Source of the DNA: Gemmatimonadales bacterium | GTDB lineage: Bacteria > Gemmatimonadota > Gemmatimonadetes > Gemmatimonadales > GWC2-71-9 | Direction: 5' to 3' | NCBI GenBank assembly: GCA_039917855.1 | Contig: JBDSIR010000098.1 | Coordinates: 13,000-76,999, forward strand | Length of the DNA stretch: 64,000 nucleotides | Shown here: positions 56,775 to 64,000 of the stretch, in pieces | Position numbering within the stretch: the first letter of the stretch is position 1 | Layout of the letters: each line of letters starts with the position of its first letter | The notes under the pieces: model-generated | Databases searched by the model: none | Seen by the model: the letters and a program-made list of their open reading frames with translations, nothing else | Told to the model about the DNA's origin: nothing | Made by a program: the position numbers and the translations under genes

Positions 56775-57278
56775 TGTTGAATTCCGGAGCCAGCCGTAGA
56801 CGACGTCGTCCCTCCACTCGCCAGAGTCGGTCCGCACCCGTTGCGGCAACGTCCCCTCGTACTTGAAGCCGAGGGACTCGTAGAGCCGCACCGCCCCCTG
56901 GTTCCCGCCCCAGGCGAAGAGCTCGACGCGGTGGATCTCGGGCATCTCTTCGCGCACGATACGCAGGAACTCTGCGAAGAGCTTCCGCCCGAGTCCCTGC
57001 CCCTGGTGTTCCGGGTGGACCGCGATGGTGAGTTCGCCGAGGACGTGGGCGAATTGCCGAGGCGCGAGGCGGCAGGCGTGCAGCTCACCGACGACGACCC
57101 CATCGACCAGGGCCACCACCTCCAGACCGTCCTGGGCCGCCGCCATGAACCCGGCGACGTAGGCATCGTCGACCTCGTCGGGCATCCGGGCGAGGGTCCC
57201 CTGCTCCGCGGCGGCGCGGTAGACGTCGCGGATGGCGGGCGCGTCTACAGGTCGAGCGCGACGGACCAGAGGGGTCAT
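56769..57278 (-). CDS. GNAT family N-acetyltransferase
   Basis: RPVDAPAIRDVY...IAVHPEHQGQGLGRKL (acetyl-CoA-binding Q/RxxGxG/A motif). Confidence 0.75.
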   Translation of the reverse strand: MTPLVRRARPVDAPAIRDVYRAAAEQGTLARMPDEVDDAYVAGFMAAAQDGLEVVALVDGVVVGELHACRLAPRQFAHVLGELTIAVHPEHQGQGLGRKLFAEFLRIVREEMPEIHRVELFAWGGNQGAVRLYESLGFKYEGTLPQRVRTDSGEWRDDVVYGWLRNSTA

Positions 57279-57308
57279 CCGGCAACTACCTCATTCGGAA
57301 TAGCGGGG

Positions 57309-57367
57309 TGTTGCGTGTTGGGTGTTGGGTGTTGGGTGCGGATGCGGATGCGGATGCGGATGCGGTG
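57309..57367. repeat. composite microsatellite (GTGTTGS)x4 followed by (TGCGGA)x5
   Basis: gtgttgc gtgttgg gtgttgg gtgttgg, then tgcgga x4 and tgcggt, read directly in the pdxH-GNAT intergenic region. Confidence 0.95.
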
Positions 57368-57417
57368 ACTACGGGCCGACGTGGCCGATGGTTGCACCTT
57401 GACCTGCCCCGCCCCCC

Positions 57418-57435
57418 GCACCCTGCACCCTGCAC
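57418..57435. repeat. (GCACCCT)x2.5 array, partly complementary to 57327-57341
   Basis: gcaccct gcaccct gcac immediately after the pdxH stop. ccgcaccctgcaccc pairs 13/15 with gggtgttgggtgcgg. Confidence 0.8.
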
Positions 57436-57438
57436 GAG

Positions 57439-58077
57439 TCAGGGAGAGAGGCGCTCCACCACCCACCCGGTTTCATCCTTTCGGTACCGCAACCGATCAT
57501 GCAGCCGGCTCTCGCGTCCCTGCCAGAACTCGATCTCATCGGGCACGACGCGGAAGCCGCCCCAATGCGGCGGCAAGGGTGGATCGTCCCCGAACTTCTT
57601 CTGCATCTCGGCCACCCGGGCCTCGAGCGACGCGCGATCGGGAATGACCTGGCTCTGGTGGCTGGCCCAGGCCCCGAGCCGGGCGCCGAGGGGTCGCAAC
57701 TTGAAGTAGGTCGCGGCCTCGGTCTCGGGGACCACGGTCACGTCCCCGGTGACGCGGACCTGGCGTTCGAGCTCGCGCCAGAAGAACAGCAGACAGGCGC
57801 GCGGGTGGGCGTCGAGGTCGAGCCCTTTCCGGCTCCGGAAGTCGGTGAAGAAGGCGAAGCCGCGGGCGTCCAGGCCCTTGAGGAGCACCGTGCGCGCCGA
57901 GGGAGTGCCATCCGGGCCCACGGTCGCGAGCGTCATGGCCGTGGGTTCGGCGGCCTGCGCACGCTCGGCGTCGGCGAACCAGTGCTCGAAGGCGACGATG
58001 GGATCGCCAGGGAGGTCGCCCTGGTCGAGGCGGGCCTTCTGGTATTCGATCCGAAGGGCGGCGAGATCTGTGGTCAA
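57439..58077 (-). CDS. pdxH: pyridoxamine 5'-phosphate oxidase
   Basis: LAALRIEYQK..., RTVLLKG, and C-terminal FWQGRESRLHDRLRY..RLSP. Proposed TTG start at 58077 overlaps the apaG stop (TTGA), giving the canonical 212 aa. Confidence 0.88.
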   Translation of the reverse strand: MTTDLAALRIEYQKARLDQGDLPGDPIVAFEHWFADAERAQAAEPTAMTLATVGPDGTPSARTVLLKGLDARGFAFFTDFRSRKGLDLDAHPRACLLFFWRELERQVRVTGDVTVVPETEAATYFKLRPLGARLGAWASHQSQVIPDRASLEARVAEMQKKFGDDPPLPPHWGGFRVVPDEIEFWQGRESRLHDRLRYRKDETGWVVERLSP

Positions 58078-58481
58078 TGGACCGGCCCGGCGTCGATGGC
58101 CGTGGTGAGGTGAAAACGGGGGATCGAGGCGTCGAAGGTCGTCCCGTCGGCGCGGACGAAATGGTAGTGCCCTTCCATCCAACCCGAAACGCCCTTGAGG
58201 ACGCAGAAGGAGTTGTACTCGTGCACGGCACCGGACGCGAGCTTCGGCTGCTGGCCCACGACCCCGTCGCCGGCGACCTCCGTCTCCTCCCCCGCATCGT
58301 CGTGGATGAGCCAGCGGCGCGAGAGGAGCTGGGCCGGCGCCTTGCCGACATTCTCCAATCGCACGAAATAGGCGAAGACGAACCGCCGGTGCACCGTGTC
58401 GCTCTGTTCCGGGAGGAAGAGCGGGCGCACTGTGATCCGAATCCCTTCGGTCTCGCGGTGGTAGAAGGGGCGGTGGGGCAT
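58074..58481 (-). CDS. apaG: ApaG (DUF525) protein
   Basis: GIRITVRPLFLPEQSD...FAYFVRLENVG..QLLSRRWLIHD..GDGVVGQQP...F, a typical ApaG sequence. 135 aa from the ATG at 58481. Confidence 0.85.
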   Translation of the reverse strand: MPHRPFYHRETEGIRITVRPLFLPEQSDTVHRRFVFAYFVRLENVGKAPAQLLSRRWLIHDDAGEETEVAGDGVVGQQPKLASGAVHEYNSFCVLKGVSGWMEGHYHFVRADGTTFDASIPRFHLTTAIDAGPVH

Positions 58482-58493
58482 GCAGGAAAGTTG

Positions 58494-58533
58494 GGCGGTC
58501 GGGCGGTCGGGCGGTAGGGCGGTCAGGCGGTCG
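58494..58533. repeat. tandem octamer array (GGCGGTMN)x5
   Basis: ggcggtcg ggcggtcg ggcggtag ggcggtca ggcggtcg, the same unit family as 9483-9514 and 10214-10245. 13 nt upstream of the apaG start. Confidence 0.95.
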
Positions 58534-58575
58534 GGCCGGCCGTTCGGAGGGGGAACTGCCTCAGCGTATGGGTTC

Positions 58576-58707
58576 GGCCTCAACTGGGAGAAACGGAGCA
58601 ACGAAGTCGCGGATCGATGATGTATGGTAACCGGCGCGGAGCTCCCCTTGAGACCACAAAGTCCCGTTATCCGTACCTCCGCTGTTCCGCGCCTCCCAGT
58701 TGAGGCC
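58576..58707. other. 132-nt element closed by a perfect 15-bp inverted repeat (candidate structured RNA or protein-binding site)
   Basis: ggcctcaactgggag (58576-58590) and ctcccagttgaggcc (58693-58707) enclose 102 nt that are visibly less GC-rich (gatcgatgatgtatggtaacc). Further pairings are possible (gcgcgga/tccgcgc). No known riboswitch or sRNA motif recognised. Confidence 0.35.
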
Positions 58708-58720
58708 AAGCCCGTCCTGG

Positions 58721-58752
58721 TTGCGACGCTGGCCCACTTCCTATATTGAAAA
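58721..58752 (+). promoter_or_regulatory. candidate sigma70-type promoter giving a leaderless or near-leaderless CDGSH mRNA
   Basis: TTGCGA (58721-58726), a ~15-17-nt spacer, then TATATT/ATATTG (58742-58748), with the ATG at 58753 only ~5 nt further on. No SD sequence. Confidence 0.35.
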
Positions 58753-59235
58753 ATGCCCAAGAAGCTCTATTCCACCCCCGAGATCGAGGTCTCCTGGGAG
58801 CCCGATCTCTGCATCCACTCCGGGCGCTGCGTGATGGGCTCGGCGCGGGTGTTCAATCCTCGGCGCCGGCCCTGGATCGAGCTCCAGCATGAACCAGCGG
58901 AACGGATCCTGGGGATCGTGGCCAACTGCCCTTCGGGCGCGCTCAAGGCGCGGCGGTTGGGCGATGGGGAGAGGGGACGGAATGATGAGGGGACCGACCC
59001 GCGCGTTGGCGGGACCGCGGAACAGTCCGGGCAGCCGCAGAGCAAGTCCGTCTCGATGCCGGTCATCACCGCGTCGAAGAATGGTCCCCTGCTGGTCGAG
59101 TTCGCCTGCGTGGTGAAGGACGCCGAGGGAAATGTGGTGCGGGAGATCCAGAAGGGGGCATTCTGTCGGTGCGGTCAGTCGAGCACGAAGCCGTTCTGCG
59201 ATGGGACGCATCGCAAGGTCGGGTTCGTGGGGTGA
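58753..59235 (+). CDS. fusion of a divergent 4Fe-4S mono-cluster domain and a CDGSH iron-sulfur domain
   Basis: N-terminus: EIEVSWEPDLCIHSGRCV...ANCPSGAL. C-terminus: CRCGQSSTKPFCDGTH (CDGSH motif). A low-complexity linker joins them. Confidence 0.75.
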   Translation: MPKKLYSTPEIEVSWEPDLCIHSGRCVMGSARVFNPRRRPWIELQHEPAERILGIVANCPSGALKARRLGDGERGRNDEGTDPRVGGTAEQSGQPQSKSVSMPVITASKNGPLLVEFACVVKDAEGNVVREIQKGAFCRCGQSSTKPFCDGTHRKVGFVG

Positions 59236-59318
59236 CCAGTGACCAGTAACCTGTGACCGGGCCGAGGGGGGAGGTCTAGGTGATGGGCCCGGTGACTGGT
59301 CACCGGTCACTGGGCACC
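59232..59318. terminator. repeat-armed hairpin (33-bp imperfect stem of GTGACCR heptamers) between convergent genes; likely bidirectional terminator
   Basis: gtgacca gtgacca gtaacct gtgaccg ggcc ... ggcc cggtgac tggtcac cggtcac tgggcac. 28/33 complementary by hand. Spans exactly from the CDGSH stop to the DCC stop. Confidence 0.6.
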
Positions 59319-59320
59319 TG

Positions 59321-59788
59321 TCAAGGGAGAAATCGAACCCGCTCGTTGGGACTCGGCACCAAACACTCCGGCCCATTCCGCGTGAGCTTGTGGCGGTGGC
59401 GGGCGATCAGGTCGTAGAGGGGATCGCGCAGAACGCGCGGAATCAGCGCGGCAAGCCGCGCCACAACGGACCACCCCCCTCCGAGGTATCGTCCCACCGC
59501 CAACGCCGCCGCCGACCGTACCCGCACCACCTCGAGCGCCTTCTGCGCCTCATGCGCCTCCGGACTCCCTTCCACCCACACCACCGAATCCACGTTAGCA
59601 AGCTCAGGATGCCGGGCGAGGATCGGGCGCGCCGTCTCCCCCTGCAGCGCCGCAAAGCGAAGGGTCCCCCGACGGTCACGCCGGAGGACCCACTGGACGC
59701 TCGATGCGCAAAAGCCGCACGTGCCGTCGTAGAGGAGAAGCGTGGGCCGGTGGGCAAGCGGGCCGGTGGGCCAGGCGCTCCCCTCCAC
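59321..59788 (-). CDS. thiol-disulfide oxidoreductase DCC family protein (DUF393)
   Basis: LLLYDGTCGFCASSVQWVLRRD and DPLYDLIARHRHKL. Start proposed at the GTG at 59788, preceded by AAGGAGGG with 5-nt spacing. The track start is a TTG at 59860 inside the upstream gene. Confidence 0.75.
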   Translation of the reverse strand: MEGSAWPTGPLAHRPTLLLYDGTCGFCASSVQWVLRRDRRGTLRFAALQGETARPILARHPELANVDSVVWVEGSPEAHEAQKALEVVRVRSAAALAVGRYLGGGWSVVARLAALIPRVLRDPLYDLIARHRHKLTRNGPECLVPSPNERVRFLP

Positions 59789-59830
59789 GCGGCCCTCCTT
59801 GCCCACTGGCCCACTGGCCCTCTGGCCCAC
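59742..59830. repeat. repeat-armed hairpin of GTGGGCCR octamers (4+4 units) enclosing the DCC RBS and start codon
   Basis: gtgggccg gtgggcaa gcgggccg gtgggcca (59742-59773) versus ttgcccac tggcccac tggccctc tggcccac (59799-59830). The 24-nt loop holds the GTG (59786-59788) and most of the SD. Confidence 0.85.
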
Positions 59831-60246
59831 TACGGGTGGAGCTCCTCCGGCCCCTTCCAATCCATCCCCAGGATCACCGTCACGTCCACCCGCCGGGTCG
59901 AGTCGGGGAGCGACTCGATCTTCCCCATTCCCAGGAGCTTCCGGACCTCCTCGGCGCGCTCGCGGGAGCCACGGCGAAGCACCAGGCGGGTCGAGTCGGC
60001 GGTGGTGTCGGCGTTCCCGAAGAAGACCACGTCGATCCCCTTCCGGCGGAGCACGCGGGTCCCGACCCGCGCCAATCCCTGCTTCCCCGACGCGTTCAAG
60101 ACCTCGACCTCGATCCGGTCGTCCCCCTCGGGGACGGGGTAGAGATGCCCGCTCACCCGGTCCGTGCGCCCCGCGCGGATCAGCATCGCGACCGCCGCAA
60201 AGGCGACGAGCACACCGAGGACGGCGGTCGTACGGGAGCGGATCAC
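59830..60246 (-). CDS. LytR_C (LytR cell-envelope-related, C-terminal) domain protein with N-terminal TM
   Basis: TM TTAVLGVLVAFAAVAMLI, then IEVEVLNASGKQGLARVGTRVLRRKGIDVV..GNAD...VDVTVILG. The GTG at 60246 forms a GTGA overlap with the upstream stop. Confidence 0.6.
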   Translation of the reverse strand: MIRSRTTAVLGVLVAFAAVAMLIRAGRTDRVSGHLYPVPEGDDRIEVEVLNASGKQGLARVGTRVLRRKGIDVVFFGNADTTADSTRLVLRRGSRERAEEVRKLLGMGKIESLPDSTRRVDVTVILGMDWKGPEELHP

Positions 60247-60815
60247 TTGAGGGAGTTCCACAGGCGTCGGGTCGGTTCGAGAAGGGGCCAGCCGGAGCGT
60301 TCGGTCCACTGCACTCGGCGCGTCACCACATCGCGGAAGACGGCGTCGGGGTACTTGGGAAAACGCTTTGCCAGCGCGGCGCGCACCGGACGGTCGAATT
60401 TCCGTCCTGGGTCGAGAAAATCGGCGCAGTACAGCGCCTTGCCGGTCATTTTCCACTCCGCGCAGCCGACCGAGTGCCAGCGGACCGCGAGGAGGACCTC
60501 AGGATCGCGCCACGCTTTCGCATCCGCATCCGCTCGGTTCGCGGCTGCGGGTCCGTGCAGGAGCTCCTCATCCCAGTCGCACCCTGGCACCAGTCGTTGA
60601 AGTTCCTCGAGCGATGCATCGCGCAGGGCATCGTGCAGCCATCCCGCTCGACTCCATCGTTCCCGCTCGAGGGCCGGAAGTGCCATCGCCGCGCCCCACT
60701 GATCGAGGAGCGCGGCGACGCGTTGGATATGTTCGAGCCGCTTGGGGCTGACCACCGCCCAACTCGGGAGCTGGTCGACTGCCACGATGATCAGGCGCGG
60801 CAAGCCGCGCCGCAA
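60243..60815 (-). CDS. HD-domain phosphohydrolase (YqeK-like)
   Basis: HIQRVAALL...GWLHDALRD...LHGPAAA...HSVG..., an HD-superfamily His/Asp pattern. TTG start in the track. Confidence 0.55.
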   Translation of the reverse strand: MRRGLPRLIIVAVDQLPSWAVVSPKRLEHIQRVAALLDQWGAAMALPALERERWSRAGWLHDALRDASLEELQRLVPGCDWDEELLHGPAAANRADADAKAWRDPEVLLAVRWHSVGCAEWKMTGKALYCADFLDPGRKFDRPVRAALAKRFPKYPDAVFRDVVTRRVQWTERSGWPLLEPTRRLWNSLK

Positions 60816-60847
60816 CGGAGCCGAGCGGGCCCGCGATTCATCGCGGG

Positions 60848-61222
60848 TTAACGCTCGGCGCGGAGCTTCCCGCCGGGGATCCGGTTCTGGGCATCGACGA
60901 AGATGACCTTCGGCACGTGGCGCCGGGCCTCGGCCTCGTCGAAGACGCCGTACGAGATGACGATGATCAGGTCGCCCGGAAGGCCCAGGCGCGCGGCCGC
61001 GCCGTTCAGCTGCATCACCCCCGAGCCGCGCAGGCCCGGGATGACGTAGGTGCTGAAGCGGTTGCCGTTGTTGACGTTCACGATCGCCACTTCCTCATGC
61101 ACCACGAGGTCGGCGGCGTCGAGCAGGTCCTGGTCCACCGTGAGCGACCCCTCGTAATGGAGGTCGGCCGAAGTGATGGTGGCCCGGTGGATCTTGGACT
61201 TCATGAGGTGACGCTGCATCAT
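60848..61222 (-). CDS. panD: aspartate 1-decarboxylase
   Basis: [23 protein letters not shown] (self-processing Gly-Ser site), [10 protein letters not shown]. Confidence 0.93.
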   Translation of the reverse strand: MMQRHLMKSKIHRATITSADLHYEGSLTVDQDLLDAADLVVHEEVAIVNVNNGNRFSTYVIPGLRGSGVMQLNGAAARLGLPGDLIIVISYGVFDEAEARRHVPKVIFVDAQNRIPGGKLRAER

Positions 61223-62076
61223 GGGACTCCCTGTCCGTGGATCATGTTGTCGAGCAGACGGGTGGTCCCCACCCTGACAGCGACGCAGAGGATCGTCCCT
61301 GCCCCGGCCGTCCCGGCCGGCGTGAGCCTCTCGGGCTCCACGGTCGCAATATAATCGACCCGGATCGGTGTTTCAGCGCGCGCGAGCGCAGCCTTCACCA
61401 GCGCCTCGAGGACGTTGACGTCCCGCTCGCCCTTTTTCCACGCCTGGTGCGCGGCGCGGAGGCCGGCACTGATCAGGGCGGCGTCCTTCCGCTGACCGGG
61501 GGTGAGGAACTGGTTCCGGCTGGAGAGCGCAAGGCCGTCAGGTTCGCGCACCGTCGGCACCATCACCAGCTCGACCGGGAAGTCGAGGTCCTTCACCAGC
61601 TTCCGCACCAGGGTGAACTGCTGGATGTCCTTCTGTCCGAATACGGCGACATCGGGCTGCACCAGGTGGAAGAGCTTCGCCACCACTGTCAGGACGCCGG
61701 TGAAGTGCCCGGGCCGCACCGCCCCCTCCCAATAGCTCGACGTCGGCCCCGAGCTGACGCGCGTTTCGGCCCCCTCGGGGTACATCGCGGCGACGGTGGG
61801 GGCGAAGAGAAGATCGACCCCGCGTCGGTCGGCGAGGGTGCTGTCGCGCTCGAGGTCGCGGGGATACTTGGCGAGGTCCTCGGTGGCGCCGAACTGGAGC
61901 GGATTGACGAACACCGACATCACGACGCGCCCGGCGCGCTTCCGCGCTTCGTCCACCAGGGCGAGGTGACCATCGTGCAACGCTCCCATGGTGGGGACGA
62001 AGCCGATGGCGCGGCCAGCGGCACGCTGCTCGCGGGTCCAGGCGCGGAGGCTCGGGATGTCGGAGATCTGGAGCAT
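61219..62076 (-). CDS. panC: pantoate--beta-alanine ligase
   Basis: [35 protein letters not shown]. Confidence 0.93.
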   Translation of the reverse strand: MLQISDIPSLRAWTREQRAAGRAIGFVPTMGALHDGHLALVDEARKRAGRVVMSVFVNPLQFGATEDLAKYPRDLERDSTLADRRGVDLLFAPTVAAMYPEGAETRVSSGPTSSYWEGAVRPGHFTGVLTVVAKLFHLVQPDVAVFGQKDIQQFTLVRKLVKDLDFPVELVMVPTVREPDGLALSSRNQFLTPGQRKDAALISAGLRAAHQAWKKGERDVNVLEALVKAALARAETPIRVDYIATVEPERLTPAGTAGAGTILCVAVRVGTTRLLDNMIHGQGVP

Positions 62077-62102
62077 GCTGGTCGCCTACAAGTTCCTCGA
62101 AT

Positions 62103-62204
62103 TGTCATCCCGAGCAGAGCGAGGGATCTTGCCCGCGTCGATCCGACCAGTGTTCACAGAGAGGGAGCGAGTACAGAAGATCCCTCGCTCTGCTCGGGAT
62201 GACA
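62103..62204. repeat. palindromic element with perfect 28-bp terminal inverted repeats (TGTCATCCCGAGCAGAGCGAGGGATCTT), 46-nt loop
   Basis: Arms at 62103-62130 and 62177-62204 are exact reverse complements. It occupies most of the panB-panC gap. The termini resemble those of the 47.3/47.5-kb elements (GTCATCCYGAG). Confidence 0.92.
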
Positions 62205-62212
62205 GCCGCTCC

Positions 62213-63022
62213 TCAATCAAAACTGTGTTCCGCCCCCGGATACTTCCCCTCCCGCACATCCTTGGCGAAGTCCCCCGCCGCCTTCTTCACCTCATCGGTC
62301 ATCGACGCGTAGGTCTTGAGGAACTTCGGCTTGAAGCCCTCGTTGAGCCCCAGCATATCGTGGAGCACCAGCACCTGCCCGTCGCAGTCGGGGCCGGCAC
62401 CGATGCCGATGGTCGGCACTGCCAGCTTCTCGGTGACCCTCTTCGCCAGCGCGCGGGGGATCAGCTCGAGCACCATCGAGAAGACCCCCGCGTCTTCGAT
62501 GAGGACCGCCTCGCTCATCAACCGCTCCGCCTGGGCGCTCTCCCGTCCCTGCACGCGGTAGCCACCGAGTTGGTGCACCGACTGCGGAGTGAGGCCAAGG
62601 TGGCCCATCACCGGGATACCGACATCGACGAGCGCCTTGATCACCGGCACCATCGCGCGGCCTCCTTCGAGCTTCACCGCGGTCGCCCCTGTTTCGGCCA
62701 GGACCCGTCCCGCGTTCCGGATAGCCTCGGGGACCGAGACCTGGTACGACAGGAACGGCATGTCGACCACGACCACCGCGTCGGGGGCGCCTTTCCGCAC
62801 CGCCGTGGCGTGGTAGATCATCTGGTCCAGCGTGGCGCCGAGGGTGGTGTCGTTGCCGCCGAGCACCTGGTGCACCGAATCGCCGACGAGGAGGATGTCG
62901 ACGTAGGGTGACAGGAGCCTGGCGAACAACGCGTCGTAGCAGGTGAGCATCACGAGCTTCCGCCCGGCGATGGTCGCGGCATGGATGTCGTGGATCGTCT
63001 TGACCCGGGTCTCAGCGCTCAT
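62213..63022 (-). CDS. panB: 3-methyl-2-oxobutanoate hydroxymethyltransferase
   Basis: MLTCYDALFARLL, LVGDSV, VVVDMPFLSY, VKLEGG. Confidence 0.93.
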   Translation of the reverse strand: MSAETRVKTIHDIHAATIAGRKLVMLTCYDALFARLLSPYVDILLVGDSVHQVLGGNDTTLGATLDQMIYHATAVRKGAPDAVVVVDMPFLSYQVSVPEAIRNAGRVLAETGATAVKLEGGRAMVPVIKALVDVGIPVMGHLGLTPQSVHQLGGYRVQGRESAQAERLMSEAVLIEDAGVFSMVLELIPRALAKRVTEKLAVPTIGIGAGPDCDGQVLVLHDMLGLNEGFKPKFLKTYASMTDEVKKAAGDFAKDVREGKYPGAEHSFD

Positions 63023-63434
63023 AGGCTTTCAGCTCCTTCAGCTCCCGTTTCCACCAGTCGCGGTCGGCCAGCCCAGGGTGCGGCAGGGTCAGTCCCGGTT
63101 CGTCCAGCTGGAGATCGCCGTAGCGCACCAGGTCGAGGTCGAGGGTCCGCGGGCCCCAGCGGTCGGGACCGCGCACCCTGCCGGTCTGCCGCTCGATCTC
63201 GAGGCACGCCTCGAGCAGGATGCGCGGCGGCAGGGTGGTCTCGAGCAGCACCATCTGATTCAGGTAGTGCGGCTGGGGAATATCGCCCAATGGGGCGGTC
63301 TCCTCCACGGTCGAGGTCCCCAGCGTCGTCGTGCCGGGGAGCGCCCCGAGACGTTCCCGCGCCCAGGCGAGGAACTCCTCCCGCTCGCCGAGGTTGCTGC
63401 CCAGCGCGATCCACGCGAGGGCGGTCGTGCTCAC
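63012..63434 (-). CDS. folK: 2-amino-4-hydroxy-6-hydroxymethyldihydropteridine diphosphokinase
   Basis: [28 protein letters not shown] start forms a GTGA overlap with the MCP stop. Confidence 0.88.
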   Translation of the reverse strand: MSTTALAWIALGSNLGEREEFLAWARERLGALPGTTTLGTSTVEETAPLGDIPQPHYLNQMVLLETTLPPRILLEACLEIERQTGRVRGPDRWGPRTLDLDLVRYGDLQLDEPGLTLPHPGLADRDWWKRELKELKAYER

Positions 63435-64000
63435 GTGCCGGCGGCGAAGTGGCGGGCAAGCGCCTGCAGGTACGTGGCGACCCCTTCGAGCTCGCGGATG
63501 GCGCGTTCCAGGTCGAACTGACCTTCGGCGGCCTCCGTGGCCTGGCGCGCGAGGGCGTTGGTCTCCTCGCGACTGCGGTAGGAGATCAGCGCCAGATCCT
63601 CGATCTGCTGACGGAGCTTGCGGAAGCTCACATCCTGCAATGCCGCGGCCTCGGCGATGCGCTGGGCGTACTGCCCCGCGCCCGAGGTGGACTCGACGAT
63701 GGCACCGAGGGCGCTGACCGCGGCACCCGAGAGCTCCTCGACCCCCTGCACCACCGCCTGCCCCTTCCGCATCTGCTCGGAGATCTCGGCCACCGACCGC
63801 TGGATCTGCCCCACGAGCGTCCCCGCCTCGACCGACGACTGGGTGCTCTGCACCGCCAGCTGCCGGACCTCACCCGCGACGACGGCGAATCCCTTGCCAT
63901 GCGCCCCGGCGCGGGCCGCCTCGATGGCGGCGTTGAGCGCGATGAGGTTGGTGAGGTCGGCGATCTCCTTGATCGACCCGATGAAGCCGGTGATCTTGCG
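63431..64000 (-). CDS. methyl-accepting chemotaxis protein, C-terminal signalling domain (5' end outside the window)
   Basis: The frame stays open to the window edge. Hand translation of 63854-64000 gives [50 protein letters not shown], the invariant MCP hairpin-tip motif. Confidence 0.9.
   Translation of the reverse strand, partial: RKITGFIGSIKEIADLTNLIALNAAIEAARAGAHGKGFAVVAGEVRQLAVQSTQSSVEAGTLVGQIQRSVAEISEQMRKGQAVVQGVEELSGAAVSALGAIVESTSGAGQYAQRIAEAAALQDVSFRKLRQQIEDLALISYRSREETNALARQATEAAEGQFDLERAIRELEGVATYLQALARHFAAGT

Noticed and set aside
57279-57438. Could the (TGCGGA)5/(GTGTTGG)4 microsatellite be a phase-variation switch for the GNAT gene?
   Set aside because: The arrays lie in the intergenic region, not in the ORF or an obvious promoter spacer. 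With no population data there is nothing to support phase variation. They are kept only as part of the repeat-family observation.

Overview
High-GC window (about two-thirds G+C by eye, not computed). About 70 genes are packed almost entirely on the minus strand; only clpP and a CDGSH iron-sulfur gene are on plus. Gene content and synteny suggest a Gemmatimonadota/FCB-like diderm, but that is low-confidence inference. Reading the minus strand from high to low coordinates: a truncated MCP, folK-panB-panC-panD, small housekeeping genes (HD, LytR_C, DCC), apaG-pdxH-GNAT, tilS-hpt-ftsH-folP-cdaA plus a DUF2723/GT-C membrane protein, and a 600-bp repeat-filled gap. A roughly 25-kb gap-free unit follows: yggS-divIVA-ileS-dksA-like-lspA-rluD runs straight into a split chemosensory operon. 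That operon (cheW-cheY-cheA-cheC ... cheR-cheD-cheB-cheW-cheW) brackets an MglA/MglB polarity-GTPase module, two extra Roadblock domains, two PATAN(DUF4388)-TPR proteins, a 918-aa TPR protein and a 665-aa protein made of two tandem DnaA-type AAA+ modules with no DNA-binding domain. After that come tRNA-Val, a secreted 580-aa protein, tRNA-Asp and a complete dcw cluster (rsmH-ftsL-ftsI-murE-murF-mraY-murD-ftsW-[lipoprotein]-murG-murC-ftsQ-ftsA-ftsZ), then an M23 peptidase, hisA and a partial membrane protein. I consider the Che/Mgl/PATAN/tandem-DnaA-like unit the most likely undescribed system. A second recurring signal is a family of 6-8-nt tandem repeat arrays, usually arranged as inverted pairs (repeat-armed hairpins). 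They fill intergenic gaps, bracket an extra gene inside the dcw cluster, enclose one gene's RBS and start codon, and sit in-frame inside ileS and folP. Larger GTCATCCYGAG-type palindromic elements are also present. No CRISPR array, transposase, integrase or rRNA was seen. Many track ORFs are over-extended at the 5' end. I reset starts where an ATG/GTG/TTG forms a 4-nt or 1-nt overlap with the upstream stop and matches the expected family N-terminus.
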